Assembly: GCA_029953675.1 (NCBI GenBank)
Contig: JAMWBK010000013.1
Location: 496,001-560,000, forward strand
Origin: Rhodosorus marinus CCMP1338
Lineage: Eukaryota; Plantae; Rhodophyta
DNA: 64,000 bases
Reading direction: 5' to 3'
Part shown: positions 1-11,280 of the stretch, piece by piece
Layout of the letters: each line of letters starts with the position of its first letter
Position numbering within the stretch: the stretch's first letter is position 1
Translations under genes and position numbers: made by a program
Notes under the pieces: model-generated
Database searches by the model: none
What the model was told of the DNA's origin: nothing
Seen by the model: the letters and a program-made list of their open reading frames with translations, nothing else

Positions 1-1096
1 GAGAGGCTCGCCATCAAATTGCGGAACTTCGAGATACCCAAGCTGCTCAAAGTGGGAAGTGCGGTTCCCCAGGCCCCTACTGCGGCTGCAGGTTGGACCA
101 CAACACGATTGCAGAGGCCCAGTCCCCCCAATCGCAATGGGAGGCCTACCTGGGCGCGCACAACATCACAGGTGGGTCGCGGCAGAGCGCTCAGCTCTTC
201 ATCGAGAAAATACCCCAGGTCACGGAAACTTTCAGCATCCGCACGAGTGGCCAACCACCGGCCCCAATGAGTTGGAAGTGAGCGAAGCCAATAGGTTAAC
301 CGCTGACTGCAACAATACCGAAACAGCAACAACGAGCACTGGAGAAAGCCCGGAGGTAGCCGTCGAAGCTCTGCAACCAGCTGTCTGTGCTTACCGAGGA
401 GCTGCAGCAACTCGCCTTCAACGAAGGACGGGGACCCGTAGGAGATGCCTAAGTGGACAAAACCATCCGGTCTCCAAATATCCTGGAACGACGCAGGTAC
501 CTGCTGCTCTTGTGCAGCTACACCTCCCCAGTAGAACGATTTGTGATGATTAACCTCCAGGTCAACCCGCGAAGCCAAGGAGCGGAGACGATCATAACCG
601 AGTGCTAGAGTATCAAGGGGCCCCAGGAGGCACACGTCGTCGTGGTATGCAACCGTACGAACCTGCGGGAATTCGGAGCGAAGACGAAGCAAGACGAGTT
701 GTAGTCCACAGGCATGTAGGAAAGGGGACAAGGGATCACCCTGTTGTACCCCTGTGCGCGCCGCAAACGTGTGTGAGGAAGCGCCAAGGGTGTCATAGGT
801 AGCCCCACGACCAAGCGGAGAATAAAGTCTACTAACAAAGGGAAAGCCTACAGGGAAGACTTCGCGCACCACGTGCATGAGAGCCGGACGAGAGACGCGG
901 TTGAACGCATTGGTAAAATCTACAGAGAGGAGCCCAGAATCTGGGGAGTACGCCATTTCCGAACGGAGTAAAACAGACAACAACTCACAGCCACCACGAT
1001 AGCCCACGCCTAACTGCACGTGCCCAAAGAAACGGCGGACTTGTTCCCTTTTACTGACTTTGATTTACAGGGACACCAAAGAAAAAGGGGGAGCAA

Positions 1097-1195
1097 GCGC
1101 GCCATCGGCGCCTGGGGTTGCATACTTCCCTCCCTAGTTATTAGTTCATCTTCACGCCTTGCGTAGCGCTTCAGGCTATGCTAGTAAAGTCCAGT
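1097..1195 (+). mobile_element. 99-bp 3'-terminal fragment of CRE-like non-LTR retrotransposon (subfamily A)
   Basis: Reverse complement of 5559-5657 with 1 mismatch; encodes ARHRRLGLHTSLPSY* followed by the 3' UTR. Confidence 0.8.
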
Positions 1196-1514
1196 CCAGC
1201 TGAACGATAGAAGCATGGTGGATTGTTTTCTCATCGGGAGGGGGTGGTGTTGGGGTGCTTGGGTGGGATGTATCTAAGAAATTCATTTTGAACATATAAA
1301 AACAATCTAGTCGAATGTCCAATTTATATATATGAAAACTAAACTCAGGAAACTGTTTTTTTTTCGCTCAAAAAGTTTGGAAGTTTGCGTAGTGAAAGTA
1401 GATTTCAAAAAAACAAAAAAAATGAATAGTCGAAATTACATATTAAATTCTATTTTGGCCCGGTTTACGTCAATTTGGCTCAGGGACCATTTTTGGCAAG
1501 TGTTTGGGAGTTTG

Positions 1515-2452
1515 ATGAAACATGAAGGGTATTCAGTTTTACTTTTGGGGCTTACGGCTGTGGGTTGTCTCTTCGTGGAAACGAAGGCACAGAATTTGGA
1601 GGATGAGATTTGTGTCCCACTTGACACATTTGAAGATGTTGTGAACGGATTGCTAGGTACTATCCATCTCGACCGGACCAACATCGGACCTTACAATAAG
1701 AAGAACAAGAACTGGATTAAGCAGAAGTCTTGGGTCAGCCTCGGTGCATTGGGAAGTTACAGGTAAACGTTACCTGCCGCGGTGATAAAGCACAAGAGGG
1801 GTAGCAAAATCTACTATGAACACATCAACAAGTGGGGAGTGAGGAACGGTGGATTCTCGGTGAAGGTAGTCAAGCATAAGAAGTTCGACTGGGCTTTGAG
1901 AATCAAGGTTGTCTATGAGAGCGATGATGACGAAATCATTGTCACGTGCATGACAAGAAGACCAAGAAGCCTTGCAAGAACCAGAAATACAACAACAGAG
2001 GCCAACCGGACAATGTCAAAGCGATCATCCACGCCGCAGTGAAGACGAAAAAGAACTCTCCAGTTCTCAAGCTGAAGAACTATCACAGTCTGTTCAAGAT
2101 GGAGAGCAAGTTCGGCAAGAAGCTCTTAGAGAAGTTTGGCGATGAACAGGAAGGCTGGGTCGGCAAAAACAAGAAACCCCTAAGGACGGTCGAGGATTGG
2201 GTGCTTGGCTACCTCGTTGATGGCGCACTCACCGAACTGCTCTTCAATTTCGATGTTAACAACCTCATCGACGGCTACCTTGTCGACCAGAAAAAATACG
2301 ACGTCGGTAAGCTCTTAGGCCTTGCCGACGTACCTTTTGCCGGCCTCATCGACAAGAAAGTACTGGAGAAACTCGATATTGTCCAGGCAACCAAGAAGAA
2401 GAATTCGGTATGCCTCAAGTATAAAGTACCGCTCTCCGATTTGTTCTCATGA
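1515..2452 (+). pseudogene. Disrupted gene for unknown Lys-rich, probably secreted protein
   Basis: Signal-peptide-like start (MKHEGYSVLLLGLTAVGCLFVETKA), in-frame TAA at 1764-1766, frame change near 1945 into ORF 1946-2452; no family recognised. Confidence 0.35.
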
Positions 2453-2859
2453 TGAGATGATGATTGGCGTATGTCAGAAAGAAATAAAAGTTCCCCATCT
2501 CTCCGTGGATGGAATGGACAGCATCTCTCCTTGACGTTGTATATATCTTACTGTAGAGTGGCTCGGATGACTTGTTTCTTGTTTCCGAAGAAACGTTTTG
2601 GTTATACAAATAGTCACGTCAACTACGCTAGCACCGTTCTAGCTGATGCGGGCTGAGTAACGCTGTCTGCGCTCCGCGGACAGGAGCATTTCGCTCCTGT
2701 CATTCCTGATCCAGCCTGGCTTACCCCCAGTGGAAGGCCAGACCTCTCCTGGGCCCACTTTTGGGGCAACCTCCTGCCCCCGCTAGTGTCTCTAGTCCTG
2801 CGTATTCCCAGGTCCTCCGTCGCGGTTCTCTGAACAACGCACGGCTGCTATGGTGGTTT

Positions 2860-2975
2860 TAGTAACCTAGTCTGAAACGCTACGCAAGACGTAAAAGGAA
2901 ACTAGGCACTAGTGAGAAGAGGATGCAAGCCCAGGCGGCGGTGGCGCGCCTAGGCGAGCATCCTGCTAGAATACC
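2860..2975 (-). mobile_element. 3'-terminal fragment of CRE-like element (subfamily A variant)
   Basis: Similar to 5575-5670 (ctgaaacgctacgcaagacgt...ggcgcgcctaggcgagcat). Confidence 0.7.
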
Positions 2976-3189
2976 GCCAGAGAGAGGCGTTTTGAATGAC
3001 TCCGTCATCCTATTGTCCACAAATAAAATTTGTTCATTTCGAGATTTTTATTTTCAAAGGGGGGGTTCTCGCATGCGGGTTTGTCTGGGGTTCCTGTTGG
3101 AGATACAAGGCCTATGAGTCTCATCTATTATCTCTTCGTCATACCTCAACTTGGTACTAAACGCACTTTTCTACCTCCGTTTTGTGTGG

Positions 3190-4500
3190 CTTAGTTCCTA
3201 GCTCAAGGTCATGAGGTCCGTTCCTTGCAACTACATCAAAACTCGCTTCGCCCTCCTCCAATTCTCCGCGGTATAATCATAAGTGCGCCGGAAATCCTCG
3301 TACGGCATACATGATATCAGGACGAGTCCTGGTCGCGATGAACATCAGGCATCCGACGAGCTCTCTGTATGGTACGTCCTAGGGCATAGCCGCCGGCTGT
3401 GTAGTCATGCACCTTGACTTCGCAATCGCTGGAGTTTTGACTGGTTTAGAATTTTCCATTTCAAACCTTTTAAGTACCTGCTTGATGTATTTCACTCGGC
3501 TGAGGCTAATCGTCTTGAGCTTCCGATCCTTTACAATCTCTATCCCCAAATAGTAACGGGTCTCGCCCAGATCCTTGATCTCGTACAGCTCCGCAAAATG
3601 CTTCTTTGCCTCTCGGGTCGGCTTTTCCATGATGAGAATATCGTCGACATAAACCAACAACACAACCCCCGTTCTCATGTAAACACGAGGCCCTTCGCCA
3701 GCGCTGGAAACCCCTATTCTGCAGGTATTTTGTAGGCTGATCGTGCCAGGTCCTAGCAGACTGCCTCAGTCCGTATAATGCCTTCCGCAATTCGCACGCA
3801 AATCCCTGTGAACCCCCATATCCGTGTGGCGGTTGCACGTATACATCATCGTGCAATTGGCCATAGAGGTACGCCGTTTCAACATCAAATTGTAGTGCTT
3901 CCCAGTCATAGTCATATTTTGATTGTCTCGAAATTGATCGTTGGCGCGAACACGGCGTCGTACGACTCCTCATCTTGTGCGAACCCTTGCACAACCAATC
4001 ACGCTTTGTACCTCTCTATTCGCCCCGCCGCGTCCTCTGGGATTTTAAACAAACTTTGTTTTTCAACACTTTTGTGTTCGGCGGTCTCCTTACCAGTTCC
4101 CATGTGTTATGCTCATCAAATTGACGACAGCTCGTCATTAATCGCCCTTTGCCACAATTCGCCGTCCGGTCTTGTCAGAGCCTCTTTCACATTCCTAGGT
4201 TCATCCACATTATAACCTGCCAGCTGAATGTTATTCAAGACATCCATTTTTGCGTCCTTCCTGCTTCGAATCGGCCTCGGCATCTTTTCTTGGGGTACTG
4301 CTTCGTTGACTGGTACACCAGTGTCATCAATGACACTAAGATCTTCCATATCAGAGTCGCTAGATAGGTTGTCTAGAACTTCTTCACAACTCTTTTGCAA
4401 ACCGGGTGTAATCGTTGTTATTATACGTTTTCTGTTGCCTTCTTTCTTCCGCAGTAAAGGGGGAACCCATCGGCAACTATGGTAGGCGTTTGGGGAAGAC
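3190..4500 (-). mobile_element. Degenerate Ty1/Copia pol (RT and start of RNase H)
   Basis: EPRNVKEAL...WQRAINDELSSI, QFDVETAYLYG, LRKALYGLRQSARTW, VYVDDILI, YYLGIEI, PYRELVGCLMFIATRTRPDI, split over several frames. Confidence 0.9.
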
Positions 4501-4530
4501 AAAAGGAAAAGTTCGTAAGAGAGTCCGAAG

Positions 4531-5550
4531 ATGATTGTGAGGGAGGTACGCGGGCCGTACCCCGAACCTCTTGTCATTCAGGGCCCGGACCCCTCGGGCA
4601 CCCGGGAAGTTTTGCAAAGGCGCCAGCACCAGTCTAATGGCGACGTGCAGGAGGCACCGACGGAACCACAAGCAGGCGATGTTCAAGCAAGAACGCGGAC
4701 CGAGTCTGCAGCCGCAACCGACCCGGCAGCCACATTCTTGCATCAACTGCGTAGCTTCGACAGATGCTACCAGGACCTGGGCATCGCTGCGTCCGAAATT
4801 ACAGACTTCTACAACGCAGTTTTTCAACTGTACTCGCGAGTCAACAGCTCGCAAGAGCTGCAAGGCGTCCGGTGCACTACGGAGTTGTCCCGGAAACCGG
4901 GTATGTAGGAAGGTGGAGCCGCTACTAGGAATTCTGCACCATATCCGCATGATCTCCCGCGACAGGCCGTAGGCAACCACCTCGCCCCCGAAACCCGTTA
5001 CCGAAACGGTCGACTGCCAGGAAGCTATGACGTCCATGATTTAGGAACCCTGCTCCCTGCGCCCCAGGGAGGGACAGGTGTCCGGGATCTAGGACACTAT
5101 GCGGAGGCATTCCCAGCCATCGGGGAGGGCCCTGCAAGGCCAACCTTCGCCGAGTTTGCAGCTCAGAAAGAACCAGGGAGAGGAGGAGATGCTCGTTCCA
5201 GAACTTCTGGACGCCCCGGACCACAGACCCAGCAGGCTGCCCTGCGGCAACTGCACGCTACGGTCGGGGGTCAGGCTGGGGACCCGATGTTGCTCCAGTC
5301 CTCGCGACGCTACGGAATGTCCGACCCCCAAGGCTGGATGAGGTGGCCCCTGCGGACTTTGCAACGGTTCTTTGCAGAGCACTGGGTATGCCCAGCTCCT
5401 ATGTGGCGCATGTGGACTTTATTGCCTCCCATGCCTGCCTGCTGTGCCATCCAGACGCAATTCCGATTCTCCAAAGTGCCATCTCCCGAGGAGTTTTCCG
5501 GACTGGGATTTTCGGATCCTTCACACAACGACACGCCGATCGACAAGTAA
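4531..5550 (+). pseudogene. Disrupted Cys-rich (RING/PHD-like) coding remnant, probably TE-derived
   Basis: PCGNC...CCSS...EC and, past a TGA in the same frame, PCGLC...LCGACGLYCLPCL. Confidence 0.25.
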
Positions 5551-5558
5551 GCGTTCAC

Positions 5559-7395
5559 ACTGGACTTTACTAGCATAGCCTGAAGCGCTACGCAAGGCGT
5601 GAAGATGAACTAATAACTAGGGAGGGAAGCATGCAACCCCAGGCGCCGATGGCGCGCCTCGGAAAGCATGTCCCTGGAATATCGCCAAATGGAGACACTT
5701 AAACGCCTCAAGAGCGCCAAATGTTCAGTAGGATGCTCAGCAAAACATTTCCGCAACCACTCTAAACCCGACTTATCGACGTGACCAAAGCTTTCCACAA
5801 TGAATGGCTGGAACCGGTGAGAGCGACCCTCAGCGCAAGGCAGACTGGCCATGCTCAGAGCACACCGTCGTTCCTTAACTTTTCGAAGGGCTGAAGCCGC
5901 GGCCCCCCCGGCGGCGGGCGGCTGCGGTGAGGTGGGCGCTGGCCACGGGGCAGGTAATCGCAGGGTCCACATATGTTGAGCGTCTGGCAGCAGCGCCGGA
6001 GACGTGGAGATCGGCTATACAACGGGGCGGTGCAGAGTCCGTTATTGATCTGGGCAGTTCCGACTCAACCTCAACCGTAGGCCCTATCCGAGTCAAAAAT
6101 TCGCTGAGGATGTACTTGAGGCGAGTGTGACGCCTCGTACGGAGACCTCTCAACAGTCCGCAGGAACCCAGGAAGTGGTAGCCACAAGCGTCAATCCGGC
6201 TCTCACATCCCTGACAGAAAGACGGCCGATTAGAGTGCCACGGAGCCTGTGGCAAACCGAGATAGATCCGTGCGGCAGAACGGAACTGGAAAGCATCGAG
6301 ACGATGACTCAATGACGACGGTAGAGTGGTTAACCACAAGTGCGAGAGGTGGCCTCCCATGCCGCGGAGACGAGCGGCAGTGGTAGGCGGCGTGAGAGGA
6401 GAATTGAGCATGACTGTGTGAGCGGCACTGTGTTGGCCCCAGGTGAGGCTATGTTGAATCACATCAGTGCGGGAGCTCCACAATCGGCTCAAACCCGGGT
6501 AGTCTGCAACAGGGGACCCGGGGCTAGCCTCTCCGTCATCGGCAAGAACTCGGTGGAGGGGAGAATACTCAATCGCTTCAGCTCGTCCCCATAACAGCTC
6601 CCTCCAGGAACGAAAGCGGGACCAATTTGCGTCCGGCACGGCGTTGCACCTCCTGAACGCGTGTTGAAGACCATCATAAATTGTCAAAAGCGGGGGCGGC
6701 AGGGTCACTGAATCCTCGTTGGTCAAAGCTCGAGCCAAGAGGCAGGCACTTCGCATCTGGAAGGTCACCAACGTTCGCAGCGCGGTAGCCCAGGAGGCAA
6801 CCGCCGCTGGCGAGCATACCAGCCCACGGTCTGCGACGCCGAATCCCTAATCGCAACGGTAGAGCGATCTGTGCACGAATCAAGTCCCTGTCGGGAGCAG
6901 CTTCAAGATCGAGGGGCTCATCCAAGAGCGTTCCCCAGTGTTGCAGGGTCATCTCGTCGGCTTTAGCCGCGATCCACGAGCCCCAAGCTGGAGGCAGGCT
7001 GCGCAACCAGTAGTTGAGTCTGGGACCGGCACAAAAGCGGGAAAGCAAGCAGGCCGATTGCAGCATGCTGTCGGGTAGGTGCTCAATGGCGTCGGTGAGT
7101 TGCTTGTGCCGTGCCAAAACTCGCTCGCAGGATGCTTGGACAAAGTTGTCAGTCCCCAATCCGACGCCGTGGTGTTCGAACCCTTCACGTTCGCTGATTA
7201 GTCGCAGAGTGGGTGGCAGAGAGGCCAGCGACACGTCCCTCGGGGGGAGAAAGCGACATTTTTCTGTTTCCACAGTCAAACCGACGCGACGTGCAATCGC
7301 TTCGATCTCGGTCAGCCCTCTAGCCAGGGTCTCAGGGGTGCCCAGCAATGTTACGTCATCGTGGTTCACACTGGCCAGGTGTTGGACACAGACAA
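5559..7395 (-). mobile_element. 5'-truncated CRE-clade non-LTR retrotransposon (subfamily A): RT end, thumb, Zn knuckle, restriction-like endonuclease
   Basis: NHDDVTLLG, GPRLNYWLRSLP, IALPLRLG, CQGC...GYHFLGSC...RRHTRL, IADLHV...YVDPAITCP, FQPFIVESFGH; frameshifted over ORFs 6674-7522, 5875-6771, 5610-5972. Confidence 0.9.
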
Positions 7396-10300
7396 CCTTC
7401 TGGGTTACCTCGAACGTCAGACCATCGCTCCCGGGGATATCGCTGCCCAAACGCTGAAGCGGGCCATCGAGCAGCTTATCCGCATTCGTTCGAGGATCCG
7501 CAGGCGACAACTCTCCTTCCACACTCTCGCAGCGCTCTACGAGTATCTGGAGGGACGACTAGAGCTCCTAAAAGCCAGACAACATCCACCTGAGGTACCC
7601 GGGGAGTGCGCGGAACCCCCTGGGCCTGCAGCCGCTTCGAACACAGACCCTGAAGCCTCGTCCCTTCCAGGGGATGTACAGGCAGACCGTGGGACAGTTG
7701 ACGCCCCGGTTGAGACCAGCGCGACTTCCCAAGTACCTGAGAACGCAGCACACGAGGAAAATCCCCATGCGGAGCTCCTCTGCAACCTTCCGGAGCCACC
7801 TCAACAGAAGCGCTCGCGAGTATCCGCCGATAACACCGGATCGGATACTGAGATGACTCCGGCAGCCGTGGATACTCCACAGGATACCACTGTGACACAG
7901 GTTGCCCTTGACGGCAACCATCACGCGATGGACACGCAGGAGAGCCAGGAAAACTCAGCGCAATAATGCCGAGCAGACGCAGGGGAATCAAACGACGCCG
8001 CGACGAGCCTCTGTTCTTCTCGGATCGTCAAGACTGGATCAGACGGTGGAGCGTCTTCGTCGACGACGTCACGGAAGGAGGCAGGCAGTGGACGCGCCTT
8101 ACACACTGCCCGGTTCCCACACGGCGATTTGTGCCACGCAGCCAGGTCCATACGTGGAGCTACCTCTTCCGTGCTGCATTAGAGCTCTCTATGGACAGTA
8201 CCGCACCAACAAACGCCAGCCTGCTTCTTGTCGGACTTCCACGCCTTGTCCTTGGACACTCTGCACTTGATGTTGGCATTCAGGTATCGCACGTGCTTGA
8301 AGGAGAATTCTCTACCGTCTGGAGCGCTCTAGAGGACAAGCGTCTATGCTGTCGCATACTACCGCACGCAAGGAGCTGAAGCGGTTCGACGCCAATATCT
8401 CGGGCGCCACAAGCGAGTGTTGAAACTAGCACACCTTGGCCGCCTTTCAGATGCAGCTCGGAGCCTACAGGCCACCGAAATGGCACCTTGTACCGCGGCT
8501 ACATGGAGACAACTACAAGCGCTCTTTCCCGACCCGGCGGAAGGTGACTTACCAGACGAGATTGCACAAGCCCTGGAATCTTTGCTCGCTCTGAATACCG
8601 AGACACTTAAGCGGCGGTGGGATTCAAGAAACGCGGCCGACGAGGGCCTCATGTCGATCGTGGCACGTCTTCCTCAGGGCAAGAGCCCAGGCCCTAGCGG
8701 TCTCCGAGCGGAAAACCTCCAAGATGCAACTCAACAAACGCAAGTGGCGTTGATTCGTGTATTGCGACAACTGGCGACCGCTCCGGAGAAATTTTTCCCC
8801 GGCTCTGACCCGCGCCCTTCGCAGCAGTCGACTCCTGCCGTTCGCGAAGCCTAACAAGGGTTTAGTGCCGCAGGAACATCCCGGAGTTCGCCCTATCGGA
8901 GTACCAGAAGTTTTGCGCAAGGTAGCAACGCAATGGACTCTTCACGCGGTTATGGACAGGGTGCGTGAGCTCCTGGTGCCCTTACAACTGGGTATTGGAG
9001 TAAGTGGCGGGTGCGAACGCTCACTTCACGCGATCCAGGCCCATTTGTCATGCGAACCCGATTCGGTGGTCCTTCGGCTAGACCTGGAGAATGCCTTTAT
9101 TCGCATCGACCGACGCCTTGCCAAGCAACTGGTGGACGAGCACTTCCCGGAGCTTGCACCAGTGTATAGACTTGGCTATGGAAGCGACAACGCGGACCCA
9201 CCGACGCTCTGTGGCTGGCGATCTTCCCCTGGACAGAACGAAACCGACACCTCTCGCTTGACTCTCCAAGCAGCTACAGGAGTCCAACAGGGAGATCCAC
9301 TGGGGCCGGTGCTACACGCACTATCCCTGGCGCCCTTTCTAAGAGCGTTGCGAGCTAAGTTCCCCAACGAAACGATTGTTGCTATCCACGACGATATCAC
9401 GATTGTCGGGCCGCTACAAGCCTTGAAGGTATCCCTGGCATGGGGAAAAACTGTGCTCCCCTCTCTTGGAGCACGCCTGCAACTCGGCAAGTGCACTGTG
9501 TACGGGCGAACACTGACTACCACGCGAGTGGTCAATCATGAGATTCCTGGAGTTCAAGTGACCAGAGACGGAGTCACCATCCACTCGATACCGATAGGCA
9601 GCCGAGAATATATCGAACAGGAGTGCCGGGGGCTGCAAAATAAGCATGAGAAACTCTTTGAGGAAATTGCCAAGCTCCCACAACCGGAGCTTACGACGCA
9701 AATTGCCCTCTTCAGGTTCTGTGCGGAAACGCGGCTAGACTATGTTCTACGATGCCTCGCATACGAGTTTCGAAGAACTCTGCGGCGCGCGGCCGATGTG
9801 ATGGCCAGATATCATCTGGAAATTCTATTCGGAGGCCTCGCTACGACAGCTGTAGAGGACGACGAGTACGCAGAGCTGATCTCGGACCAAATCGCTCTGC
9901 CTTGCCGCTGGGGGGGGTTGGGTTTCGCTACTCGAAAGCGCGTCCAACCCATCGCGTTTTACTCGTCATGGAGTAACACCTTCCGGAACAATGAAGATGA
10001 ATGGCCATACCTGACTGAACTAGAGCGGGAGGTTTCGGCAGAACGCTCATCAGACACATACGAGCCGACGGAGCAACGATGGTCGACTGCACAGCTGGCG
10101 GACCAGATCTTGAGTGCGGTTGAGATGCAGGTAAACGTTCGACAACTGCTGGGGCTGCCAATTCCGGGATTGCGAACCACCGAGAAGTGCACTAGTTGCC
10201 GGAGTAAACAGGGAAGGACTGGGGTACAACGGTTTCATCACTGCCCAACATCAACTGGACTGTGGCAACGTAGGCACGACGAAATCTGCAGAGAGTTGGC

Positions 10301-10890
10301 ACGGTGGCTGAGGCGATGGAACTTCATGGACGTCGAGCAAGAACCTGAGGGGTACTTCGAGAACTACGGACTGCGACCTGATATCGTTGCTAGGGATCCG
10401 AGGACCAAACAAAGGTATGCGCTGGACGTGACGGTGGTGTCACCATTACTGGGAAAATATTTGCGCCGGAGCAAAGATGATAGCGGATACGCGGCGAGAG
10501 CTGCGGAGAAGTGGAAAATCGCTCACTACAAGGAAGTGATGGTGATCGAGAAACCGGATGACAAGTTCATCCCCATAGCGATAGAGACGTTTGGGCGTAC
10601 GGGGCAAATGGCACAAGAGTTCCTCCGCGACAGCTGCAAACACTTACTGCACAGGAGTGAGGAGCTGAGAGATGTGAGATCGCAGATGAACCGGCAACTA
10701 TGGCGAGGTAATGCAGAGATAGCACTAGGCGCTTTGCGCGTGGACCAGTTGGAGAATCCGCTGGTGCCTGTTTTTTCTTTTGAACGTAGCATGAGACCCC
10801 GGTAGCGGGGTTCCAGTAAGTTTCTCCCTAGATAGGATTAGACGTAGTGTTGCGCTGCAGTAGGCAGCTGCCCAGTAAAGCTTACGGTTA
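7396..10890 (+). mobile_element. Near full-length CRE-clade RT-RLE non-LTR retrotransposon (subfamily B), frameshifted
   Basis: Consecutive ORFs 7361-7966, 7966-8379, 8417-8854, 8757-10805; LPQGKSPGPSGLRAE; the 3' UTR is shared with the copy at 18196-18748. Confidence 0.9.
8757..10805 (+). CDS. Reverse transcriptase plus PD-(D/E)xK restriction-like endonuclease (C-terminal ~680 aa of element B ORF)
   Basis: VRPIGVPEVLRK, QLGIGVSGGCE, LDLENAF, GVQQGDPLGPVL, IHDDI, ALPCRWGGLG, HHCP...RRHDEI, RPDIV...ALDVTVVSP, FIPIAIETFG. Confidence 0.9.
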   Translation: MYCDNWRPLRRNFSPALTRALRSSRLLPFAKPNKGLVPQEHPGVRPIGVPEVLRKVATQWTLHAVMDRVRELLVPLQLGIGVSGGCERSLHAIQAHLSCEPDSVVLRLDLENAFIRIDRRLAKQLVDEHFPELAPVYRLGYGSDNADPPTLCGWRSSPGQNETDTSRLTLQAATGVQQGDPLGPVLHALSLAPFLRALRAKFPNETIVAIHDDITIVGPLQALKVSLAWGKTVLPSLGARLQLGKCTVYGRTLTTTRVVNHEIPGVQVTRDGVTIHSIPIGSREYIEQECRGLQNKHEKLFEEIAKLPQPELTTQIALFRFCAETRLDYVLRCLAYEFRRTLRRAADVMARYHLEILFGGLATTAVEDDEYAELISDQIALPCRWGGLGFATRKRVQPIAFYSSWSNTFRNNEDEWPYLTELEREVSAERSSDTYEPTEQRWSTAQLADQILSAVEMQVNVRQLLGLPIPGLRTTEKCTSCRSKQGRTGVQRFHHCPTSTGLWQRRHDEICRELARWLRRWNFMDVEQEPEGYFENYGLRPDIVARDPRTKQRYALDVTVVSPLLGKYLRRSKDDSGYAARAAEKWKIAHYKEVMVIEKPDDKFIPIAIETFGRTGQMAQEFLRDSCKHLLHRSEELRDVRSQMNRQLWRGNAEIALGALRVDQLENPLVPVFSFERSMRPR

Positions 10891-11280
10891 CATCGCGCAC
10901 AACGAAATCTCGCCCGCTCCCTACGTCTCGAACTTAACATTTCAATAAAATGTATTCCTTGATGACGACATCCAGCTTGTTGCGCTTAGCAGCCGGTACC
11001 CCTATAAGCGCCCTATAGAGACCGCATAGGTGATTCACTGCGGATAATCTCGCATGATGTTTGGACCCTCTAACCACCGATCAATTACCGGAAAATACGA
11101 TAGAATATACCCCAGGTTCACTACTAAATCAGCTTCCTGGATACCCCTCTTGTCGGACGAAAGCTACATCCAAAAATAGAAAAGAATGAAAATCATAAAA
11201 TAATAATAAAATATTATGAAATCTTCGCCTAGCCCCCGTAGCCTCCGCTCTCGAATCAAAACGAAGCTCAATTCCTCGAA

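Noticed and set aside
1-900. Possible gag-like or toxin-like ORFs
   Set aside because: Fragmented frames with no diagnostic motif I can support; probably decayed TE
2790-2830. 5S rRNA-like stretch (cctgggaatac on the minus strand)
   Set aside because: Only ~11 nt match; the rest of 5S is absent
5580-5610. Hammerhead ribozyme in the CRE 3' UTR (ctgaag...gaa)
   Set aside because: Lacks the CUGANGA/GAAA core and lies on the antisense strand
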